Source: Octopus sinensis
Taxonomy: Eukaryota
Assembly (NCBI RefSeq): GCF_006345805.1
Contig: NC_043000.1
Location: 139,190,001-139,254,000, forward strand
DNA length: 64,000 nt
Reading direction: 5' to 3'
Part shown: positions 39,241 through 49,465 of the stretch, piece after piece
How the letters are laid out: each line of letters begins with the position of its first letter
Numbering within the stretch: the first letter of the stretch is position 1
The notes under the pieces: generated by a model
The model's database searches: none
Told to the model about the DNA's origin: nothing
Seen by the model: the letters and a program-made list of their open reading frames with translations, nothing else
Made by a program: the position numbers and the translations under genes

Positions 39241-39278
39241 TCTTTCTGTTGAAGAGCGTAGCCTCGAAACGTTAAAGA
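39241..39278 (+). ncRNA. Minimal type I HHR-like motif in the PLE pLTR (variant core CUGUUGA-A)
   Basis: TCTTT-CTGTTGA-A-GAG CGTAGC CTC-GAAACGTT-AAAGA. Stem I TCTTT/AAAGA, palindromic AACGTT in stem III. Confidence 0.6.
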
Positions 39279-39375
39279 CTTGTTTTATTTATATTTCCTG
39301 AGCGCCATACTAATACAATTGTTTGTTTGTTTTCCACCTGCCTTCGTCTTTTGTCTATTTTCATAAAGCTTCCCG

Positions 39376-39412
<37 letters not shown>

Positions 39413-39421
39413 TATATATAC

Positions 39422-39909
39422 AGCAAGGAAAAATTGTAAGAAGGCAGAATGCTAAATTGAAAGAAAAATTTTAATGAAAATGGGTGTATGGAAAAGTTAT
39501 TGAAAAATTGATAAAATATATATATATTATTTCAAACCGGTTTTCGTCATAATGTGACTTATCAAGAATTGTAAAGAAAAAAAAAATTTTTTCAAAGTGA
39601 GGAGGGGGAAAAAAGAAAATTGCATTGTTTTTTGCAATTATTTTTTTGCAAAAAACAATGTAATTTTCTTTTTTCCCCCTCCTCACTTTAAAAAAAAAAA
39701 TTTTTTTTTCTTTGCAATTCTTGAAAAGTCACATTATGAGGAAAACCGGTTTGAATTAATATATATATATTTTATCAATTTTTCAAAAACTTTTCCATAC
39801 ACCTATTTTCATTAAAATTTTTCTTTCAATTTAGCATTCTGCCTTCTTACAATTTTACCTTGCTTATCATTTCTCCACGTGCGGTCAACACAACCCCACC
39901 ATTTATTGA

Positions 39910-39910
<1 letters not shown>
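39422..39910. mobile_element. Foldback cassette of about 440 bp with an HHR-like motif in each arm plus tail
   Basis: Arms 39422-39637 / 39646-39864 are near-perfect reverse complements. Unpaired tail at 39865-39910. Adjacent to (TA)n. Confidence 0.9.
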
Positions 39911-39966
<56 letters not shown>

Positions 39967-40978
39967 ACATGGGTGGGTGTGTATAAATATATATATATAT
40001 TTGCATATATTAATAAATAAAAAGTGCAATTTTAGTTGAAGTCTTAAAGTTACCATTTTCCTAGTTTATATTTATATTCAAATCTAAAAGGCCATCAAAT
40101 ATTCCTAAGGAAACAAAAGGGAATCCTGCTTCACTTTCCATATCATTTTATCTGCATCATTATACATATCTATCTAATTATATGACATATAGATAGTAAA
40201 CATAGAGTTAAGCTGTATTGTATTTCATTTCCATAAAAGATTGAAATATCCTTTATACCTGGATATAAACAATCTGATTGATAATGTTATTACTATCCAC
40301 TAATCCTTAATATTAATATACTGTTCTCTTGCCTATCAAGAATATTTTATCCCTATTCAAATGTGTGTGTGTGTGTACTAACATCATCATCACCATTGTT
40401 TTGGCATCATCTTTTTCCATGCTCACATGAATTGAACAGAATTAGTGGAGGTGAATTTTCTATTGCTGGATTCTGCCGCAGTCACCAGCCATCACCTGTT
40501 TCTAATTAAGGTAGTATTTCCCCATCACCAGACATGTTTTCACGGAAGATTGGAAATGAAGGACACAGCTTGCATGATGGTGATACTCATTTACAGCAAT
40601 CATGTAATATAAAGACTGAGAGGCTCTAAAACACACACACACACACACACACACTCGTACACTCACATACAGATGGACACAACATTAAAATAGCAGTTGA
40701 GACCAACTCCATACCAGAAGAGGAATCTTCCATACAAGCATGGTTTAGATAGTTTAAGTTGACTTGATGATTTGGAGGACTGCAGTGGATTCCATTGTCT
40801 GATTTTGTATGGTTTCTTATTTCTTTACTGCCCACAAGGGGCTACACACAGAGGGGACAAACAAGTACAGACAAACGGATTTGGGCATATATACACATAT
40901 TGAAAAGGAATATCTCAAAAAAGGCAAAAATTACTTGATGTTTCTAACTATATTCATAAAATTTCTTTTATTCTTCTA

Positions 40979-41124
40979 CTTGATAAGTCACATTATGACG
41001 AAAACCGGTTTGAAATAATATATATATATTTTTATCAATTTTTCAATAACTTTTCCATACACCCATTTTCATTAAAATTTTTCTTTCAATTTAGCATTCT
41101 GCCTTCTTACAATTTTTCCTTGCT
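40979..41124 (+). repeat. Third copy of the foldback arm
   Basis: Reverse complement of about 39422-39566, ending in (TA)n. Confidence 0.9.
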
Positions 41125-41133
41125 ATATATATA

Positions 41134-41174
<41 letters not shown>

Positions 41175-42454
41175 TGGGGTGCCACCTAGTTGAATGAATC
41201 AACCTTAGTACTTACATTTCTATTTGGACATTTTATTTGTTGATTTATATAACTTACCAGCCCACATGAGAATACATCTAAGTCTATGAAACAAAATATT
41301 TCATGTTAAAGCTCAAATTTAAATGAACATTTTGCATCTCTGTCTTGTGTCAAAACTTTTTGTGTTCTAAACATCAGCCAAATAAGGGGAAGGATATTTA
41401 ACTAAGTCCCTCTAAAACCTTGCTTATTTTGGAGATTAATCAAAAAGACATTGGTAGTATATTTCAATGTTGTTTTTTATGCTTCTAAAGTGATTTAAAA
41501 TGTGTAATCCTGATCATTATCACACATATGGATTAGGAGAGCAAAAATTAGCTGTTCTATGGAAACAATTCCATGACAACTTAGAAAACTCTCTGCTGGC
41601 TCATGGGAAATCCCTAATGATAACGAGGTCTATTTTAAAGTATATGTGTACATAAGTGCATTGAATTTTGCTAAAAGCAGTTAACTGTGGAACAAGCTAA
41701 ACATAGCTTTAAAAATGAGCTTTTACGTCGTTAAGATTACATGCAATTTAACCATCCTACATTCGTGTAAAGCACTTCTATGCCATTTAATCATACAGAT
41801 GTATCAATGAATCCAAATTATGGGCTTGGTGTATGTTTGTGAAGAATTAGTATTCCCAGGGCTATTGAACGTCTTTGAAAAGAACCATTTGCTAGTAGAT
41901 TGTTAAAATTCTTCCAAAGTACTGCACTTTTTTCTTCTCTTCTCATCCACTTTGTCTTATTTTTTCTCATCATCTTTCTCTTCTTCTTTATTCTTATTAT
42001 CTTTCTCATTTTCTCCTTCATTCTTTTTATCCCATATTCTCCTCCACATCATTATCTTCTTCCCTCACTCTCCTTGTCTTTGAATGAACTCTCTTTTTTT
42101 TCTACTTTCACTTGTAACGTAATGCACAAGGCAACAACAGTCATGGAATGTAAAAGGAAAAGAAACTTTATTGCAACTGTTTGGTATTATCGTTTTTAAA
42201 AAACCTTTGCAAAGTTCTTCCCTGTATTTAGGAAACTGAAACATCCCTGTATTCATGTATTTGTATACTTTATAGGCACAGTCATGGCTGTGTGGTGAAG
42301 AAACATACTTTGCAACCACATGTCACTCCCCCCCCCATGGCACGTTGGGTAATTGTTTACTATAGTCCCAGGTCAACCAATGCCTTGGGAATGAATTTGG
42401 TAGATGGAAAGAATGTAAAAGTCCCTAACTTCTCTCTCTCTCTCTCTCTCTCTC

Positions 42455-42483
<29 letters not shown>

Positions 42484-42491
<8 letters not shown>

Positions 42492-42967
42492 ATATTTAGG
42501 AATGGTCATATTGCCAGTTTAGCCAATAAAAACACACGCACTATATATTTGGTGTTATTTTGCTTCAGTGATATTTATTTCTTACATTAATCTTAATCTT
42601 ATTTCGGCCAAAGTTCTTTCGTCACACTCCTGTGACCGCATCAGTGGTCCTTTGTTTTCTTCTCACTTACTTGTGTCTCTCCTTACTAACCGTCAGCCAT
42701 TTTGTATTTCTATTGTATGTCTTCATTTGCGCATGTTTATATCTCTATGTGCGTCTATGTTTATTTAGTGTGTGTGTGGGGGGGATGCCTGTAATATTTG
42801 TATCTTCTGGTTATATACATTCTTGTAATTTGTATTTTGTTTTTGTTGTTGTTGCTTTTGTTCTAATTTTGTTCATGTGTTTACATCCACCCATTATTAT
42901 CATTACATATGCTTGTATGTATGTATAACAACAAAATTAGTAATAATAATAATAAATCTAATTGAAA

Positions 42968-43038
<71 letters not shown>

Positions 43039-43258
43039 CATATAGACAAATTACAGAAGCTACACATATAATAGAAAATAAACCTAGCCTGAATAGAAAA
43101 CTAGAATGGAGCAATAGCGCACACCACAACATATGACGATAGTGGATCCTGCAAACATAATAAATACACAGGTAATTAAAGAAATAGAAATGAATATCTA
43201 TATATATGTATATGTGTATATGTGTGTATGTATATGTGTATATGTGTGTGTATATATG

Positions 43259-43317
<59 letters not shown>

Positions 43318-43552
43318 CTACTGGTTTGGCTACGCTGCATTGAAAAGGTGCAATACCCCGAAACGCGTCTGTAGCTGCCGGCCAAGTAGTGTGGAGCGAC
43401 TGACCTCCCTTGTTCAAAGGTTATATGGATACAGTTTGTGTATCAAATAGCTAACTTAAGGCGATGGCCTCATGGAGCTAATAAGCAGTCAGCTTTATTC
43501 TTATTTTTATAAGAATGCCATATTGGTATGGCGATAACTAATATTTTATATA

Positions 43553-43614
<62 letters not shown>

Positions 43615-44156
43615 TTTCAATTAGATTTATTATTATTATTACTAATTTTGTTGTTATACATACATACAAGCATATGTAATGATAATAATGGGTGGATGTA
43701 AACACATGAACAAAATTAGAACAAAAGCAACAACAACAAAAACAAAATACAAATTACAAGAATGTATATAACCAGAAGATACAAATATTACAGGCATCCC
43801 CCCACACACACACACTAAATAAACATAGACGCACATAGAGATATAAGCATGCGCAAATGAAGACATACAATAGAAATACAAAATGGCTGACGGTTAGTAA
43901 GGAGAGACACAAGTAAGTGAGAAGAAAACAAAGGACCACTGATGCGGTCACAGGAGTGTGACGAAAGAACTTTGGCCGAAATAAGATTAAGATTAATGTA
44001 AGAAATAAATATCACTGAAGCAAAATAACACCAAATATATAGTGCGTGTGTTTTTATTGGCTAAACTGGCAAAATGACCATTCCGAAATATAACAATATC
44101 TTTTTCAACACACGACTTCACATAAAAAATCTTGCACAACAAATATTTAAACGTAC
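42484..44156. mobile_element. Inverted repeat of about 500 bp (42484-42985 / 43597-44099) with tail, PLE pLTR-like
   Basis: Only about three substitutions seen between the arms. Mirror-image ORFs appear in the ORF track. Tail at 44100-44156. Confidence 0.92.
43315..43393 (+). ncRNA. Extended type I hammerhead ribozyme with U3-A8 core
   Basis: GCTGCA-TTGAAAA-GG TGCAATACC CC-GAAA-CGCGT-C-TGTAGC. Stem I extends through TTGGC/GCCGG, GG/CC and CTACT/AGTAG. GUC triplet ends at 43369. Confidence 0.75.
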
Positions 44157-44189
44157 TATATATATATATATATATATAAATGCATGTAT

Positions 44190-45952
44190 AAATATTCTAT
44201 AATTATAAACATAATTGTAATTAGGGGTCAGCTAGCTGCTTCACCGGATTTAGAAATAGGAGTTAAAAACTCCCTTTCTACTACTATAAGAATCTTCATG
44301 ACAGTAACACACCTTTTTACGTAGGCAAAGAGAAAAACAATGAATGAACATAATTCCAATTAGCCACAGATGCATTTTGAGATTAAAGTGTTTTTAATTA
44401 CTTACTACTCTCTTCAGTGTAGTATTTCCAATTATAAAACTTGAAAGTGCTAGGGTTAAATATAGATATGGTGAAGGTCGCAAATGTGTTCATCACATCT
44501 GTGGTTACCTACCACCTAACCATTGTGCCTTGTCCCCTTTCGTGACTAAACAAGTTGGAGCATCTGTTCTTTCACCTCTTGTAGAAGGGTGGTGTTCCTC
44601 TTCAAAGTTGCTTTGTCTGCTGCCAACACCCGCTAAAGGGTGAGCTAGGGATACCCAGGTTGCTGCTGCACAGACATGCACAGAGCCTGAGGCATCAGTG
44701 ACTCTACCTGGATGGTGAGAAGGTGTGGTCTTCGTTTGTTAAATTGTTACTTCCTAGGTTTACTAGTTTTAGTGAACTAGAACCATGGATCAAGTACAGA
44801 CCAAAGTTGGGAGATTGGGAAGTGAGAGTGCTGTAAGACACTCTTGCTGCTCTCTTGCACAGGTAATGCCAATGGTGGGGGTCCCACCTCGTCATTCTAC
44901 AGAGGGTTGGTAGAGGCTAAGTGTGACGACGACCTGGGGGAACTCTCTGGACTTCGGTGATAGTCAACTGGCCAGCCTATTCTGAAGGACGTTCGGGCCA
45001 GGATCCTTGGATAACTTTCATGGATCTCTGGCTTGGCAATGTTACCAAAGAGCCTTACCAGATAAACTCACAAGGCATAAGGTTATTTTAACGTAATGAG
45101 CTACTTGGTAAAATTATTAATTAATTGATTGGTTAATTAATTAATTTTACCTTTTATTATTAATTTGAAATTATAATTTACTCCAGTTATCAAGTTTTCT
45201 GCAGTACTGCTCATAAATACATGTGGGTACAAGGGATAAATAGTGTATTCACATTCAGCTGTGTAAATTTTGGAAGTGTTGGTTGGTTAAGGCGGTGAGT
45301 TGGCAGAACCGTTAGCACGCCGGGCGGAATGCGTGGCCGTATTTCGTCTGCCGTTACGTTGTGAGTTCAAATTCCGCCGAGGTCGACTTTGCCTTTCATC
45401 CTTTCGGGGTCGATAAATTAAGTACCAGTTACGCACTGGGGTCTATGTAATTGACTTAATCCCTTTGTCTGTCCCCTCTATGTTTAGCCCCTTGTGGGCA
45501 ATAAAGAAATATATCTATTGCACGATGTCGCTCGATCATGTGCATATTTAACCCTAACACTTTCAAATTTTATAATCTGAAATGTTACACTGAAGAGAGA
45601 AGTAAGTAATTAAAAACACTTTAATCTCAAAATGCGTATGTCGCTAATCAGATTCATATTGATTCATTGTTTTTCTCTTTGCCTATGTAAAAAAGTAAGG
45701 TACTGTCATGGAAATTTTTATAGTAATAAAAAAGGAATTTTTAACTCCTATTTCTAAATTTGGTATGCGGTGAAGCAATTAGTTGAACCCTAATTATAAT
45801 TATGTTTATAATTATAGAATATTTGTATAATTTTACCTATAAAATTTATTTTAACATATCGAGCTACTTGGTAAAATTATTAATTAATTGATTGATTAAT
45901 TAATTAATTTAATTAATCAATTTTAACCTTTTATTATTAATTTGAAATTATA
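44190..45952. mobile_element. Older foldback cassette: diverged arms of about 275 bp (44190-44463 / 45544-45824) with decayed HHRs
   Basis: Arms are diverged reverse complements. Each carries ACA-CTGAAGA-GAG..CTC-AAAATGC(A/G)T(C/A)-TGT. Direct-repeat tail at 45083-45174 / 45846-45952. Confidence 0.75.
45290..45510 (+). mobile_element. SINE family 2
   Basis: CpG-rich copy colinear with 14216-14445. Confidence 0.9.
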
Positions 45953-45971
45953 TGCATGTATATATATATAT

Positions 45972-46207
45972 AGCGGGAAGCTTTATGAAAATAGATAAAA
46001 GACGAAGGCAGGTTTACGGAAATAAACAAAAGACGAAGGCAGGTGGAATACAAACAAACAATTGTATTAGTATGGCGCTCAGGAAATATAAATAAAACAA
46101 GTCTTTAACGCCTCCAGCCTACGCTCTTCAACAAAAAGATACACAGAGAAAAAACACAGAAAGAAGGAGAGAAAAAAATATGCATGCAGAGGCTAGCGAA
46201 TCAACAT
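45972..46207 (-). mobile_element. Solo PLE pseudo-LTR
   Basis: Reverse complement of about 39170-39378, in (TA)n. Confidence 0.85.
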
Positions 46208-46242
46208 ATATATATATATATATTGAAGTATGTATATATATA

Positions 46243-46420
46243 TAGTTGAAATTTACAGAAAAACAAAAGACAAAGACAGGTGTATAAACAACAAGTGTAT
46301 TAGTTTGGTGCTCAGGAAAGTAAGAAAGTCTTTTACATTTTGAGCCTATGCACTTCAGCAGAAAGGAATATGAGAAAATAGACAGAGAAAATAAAAAATT
46401 TTGTGGACTTAGCAGTCAAG
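46243..46420 (-). mobile_element. Solo PLE pseudo-LTR, related subfamily
   Basis: Reverse complement of the 1663-1842 type. Minus strand CTTT-CTGCTGAA-GTGCATAGGCTC-AAAATGT. Confidence 0.7.
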
Positions 46421-47271
46421 CTTGACAACACACACACGCATACATACATACACACACACATACATACATACATACATGCATACATATATGTGTGTGTGTG
46501 TGTGTACAAGGCTGTATCAAAACATTCCCAACTAATTCTGTAGCTCAACAGATGGTAGTACATACACACACACACATACACACCTGTATATATATAAGTG
46601 AGATGGGTTGTGTGAGTGAATTAGCGTGTGCATGCATGCGTGTGTTCACAGAAATATATTTGTAGAAGTAGAACAACCAAAGAGTATCAGAGAATATATT
46701 GATTAAAATCTTCACCAGGGAATAGAAGCAAAAATATATGGTTAATAATACTTCCTAAACCTCAAAAAGTTAATTATTTTTGGTATTAACATAGCAGTTC
46801 TGGCAGAATCAGTAGAACACAAGATGTATACCTTGTGGTATTTTGTTATGTCGATTTACAATTTAAATTCAAATTCTACCAGGATTGACTTTGCTTTTCA
46901 TCCTTCTTGTGATAAAATAAGTTCTAACCTGATTCTGAGGTTAATTTAATCAACTGTATTCATTCCAAAAACATGTGGCCATGTGCCAAAGGTAGGAATT
47001 ATTATTATGAGGAATGTCTTAAGATACTGGATTGAAATATAGGTAGAATGCTAGTATATGTATGACAGAATTTTGTACCAATCTTCTATGTTTTTGGTTC
47101 AAATTCTACCCTGATCAGTTTCACCTTTCTGTGTTAGATAAAATAAGAACTAAGTACATTGAGGTGAATTGTGTTAACTGTAACCTTCCCAATAAATTTA
47201 TAGTAGTGTACCTTAATTAGAGATTCAGCATCATCAATTAACAGCTGTTTTCCATCCTACATGAATCGTGG

Positions 47272-47578
47272 AGGCACATGGCCTAGTGGTTAGAGCAGCA
47301 TACTCGCGGTCGAAAGATTGTGGGTTTGAATCTCAGATCGGGCGATGTGTGTGTTTATAAATGAAACACCTAAGTTCCATGCGGCTCCGGCAGAAGGTAA
47401 TAGTGAACTTCTGCTGACTCTTTCATCACAACTTTCTCTCACTCTTTCCTCCTGTATCTTGCAGTTCACCTGCAATGGACTGGCGACCCATCCAGGTGGG
47501 GAACCTATACACCAAGGAAACCAGGAAACCAGCCCTATGAGCCAGGTGTGGCTTGAGAAGGAACAAACAAAAAAAAAC
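47272..47578 (+). mobile_element. tRNA-derived SINE with V-domain-like core
   Basis: A box TGGCCTAGTGG, B box GGTTTGAATC, CTGCAATGGACTGGCGACCCATCCAGG (V-SINE-like, from memory) and an A-rich tail. Confidence 0.65.
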
Positions 47579-48048
47579 ATCCTATATGAGTTGGGTGGTT
47601 AGACAGGAGCTAGGAAGTCAGAAGACTGCACCAAACTTGACTGTCTGCTTTGGCATTGCTTCTTTGGCTAGATACCTTTCCTAATCTCAACTGCTTTAAA
47701 AGGTGTAAAGGGTGCTTTTTACATGGCATCAGCTGTGGTGATGTCACCAAGTAAACTCCAACTCAAGATTCCTCATCTGATTGGGAAATAATATTGAGGG
47801 ACATAAATAGGTGTCTTGCAGTAGAGAGAAACAAAGCTACATTAGGTAGAGGGAGAGTGGAAAGAGAGAGAGAGAGAAAGATAAGAAGATGAAAATATGA
47901 TGGAGCATCCACCGAAATCCCAAGGTGGTGGTGTCTATAGTGAAGTGGACCAGGAATTAGAGAGGCTGAGTGGGAGGAGTGAGGTTGTGAGATTACAGAA
48001 GGAGACTGAAAGATGGGGAGTAATTTAATGAGTATGAACATGTATATA

Positions 48049-48460
48049 GGTGCAGGAGTGGCTGTGTGGTAAGTAGCTTGTTTACCAACCACAAGGTTCC
48101 GGGTTCAGTCCCACTGCGTGGCACCTTGAGCAAATGTTTTCTACTATAGCCTTGGGCCGACCAAAGCCTTGTGAGTGGATTTGGTAGACGGAAACTGAAA
48201 GAAGCCCATCGTATATATGTATATATATATATATGCATGTGTGTGTTTGTGTGTCTGTGTTTGTCCCCCTAGCATTGCTTGACAACCAATGCTGGTGTGT
48301 TTATGTACCCGTTACTTAGTAGTTCGACAAAAGAGACCGATAGAATAAGTACTAGGCTTACAAAAGAATAAGTCCCGGGGTCGATTTGCTCGATTAAAGG
48401 CGGTGCTCCAGCATGGCCGCAGTCAAATGACTGAAACGAGTAAAAGAAAAAGGAAAAAAG
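48049..48460 (+). mobile_element. tRNA-derived SINE, family 1
   Basis: Colinear with 554-954. Confidence 0.9.
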
Positions 48461-49393
48461 AAATGTAGAGGAAGGGATTATTAGGAGGATGTGTTGTGAT
48501 TCAACAGGAACATATTGTGTACAGGTAGATGTACCTGAAATGAAAATAGAACTAAATTTATTATCATGTTTATTATTCGTTAATTCATTTATGTAGTAAA
48601 TAAGAAGAATTACAATAATAAATATTTATTCTTTTATTTACTTTCATTTTACTGCTGTGTACTTTAGTTTGTTTTGGCCATACTGTAGGACTGTTTTTCA
48701 AAATATATGCATTATTTATTTTCATATTTTAGTCCAAAACATACTGATGAAGATTAAAGATTTGGTTTCTATACATTTAACATTTAAAATCATGAAAAGA
48801 AGACAGAAAAAAAGGAGAGTAAATTAGAAAAAAATTTATTTTGCATTTTTTTTTAAAGATAAAAATACTATGAATGAAAGAATTTAAAAAGTTAAAGAAA
48901 TAGGCTATTTTTGCATTTTTCTGAAAGTTCATAGAGAATAATAATTATATTAAGAAATGTTATTTAAATGTTCTACTTTGGCATGATTTAATGTAATTAC
49001 CTCTCCTGTTTTTATCTTCGGCAACATCCTTGAAATGCGTAACTGTTGCATTAACAAGTAAATAAGACAGCCTCTACATGGCTGTTGGATCTATTAGAAA
49101 TAGTAGCCAAATTTGTATCACTACTTACCCAGCGTCTTAAAAAAGCACCAAGATATATTGGATAATATGATGCATTAGAGTGTAGTTCTTGATATACAAA
49201 ATAGATGAATGGTCATGGCTTTAACACTTTTGATCTAAGATCTCCTCAACCAAGATTGACTTTAGGCTAAGCAAATGTAGATAAGTTAATCTCATCAGTG
49301 CTACTAAGATTCAGTAATTTTTTGAAGACCACTGTATGTATAAAGTACATTTACATCATTATCATCATCATCATCTCTCACTCACTCTCTCTC

Positions 49394-49465
<72 letters not shown>

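Larger units (their letters stand above)
37512..39378 (+). mobile_element. 5'-truncated Penelope-like element inserted in (TA)n
   Basis: ORF remnant, pyrimidine tract (38460-38690), CATACTAATA repeats, then a pLTR with HHR motif at 39241-39278. (TA)n on both sides. Confidence 0.85.

Noticed and set aside
42568-44015. Mirror-image ORF pairs suggesting duplicated small genes
   Set aside because: A by-product of the 500-bp inverted repeat. No coding signature.
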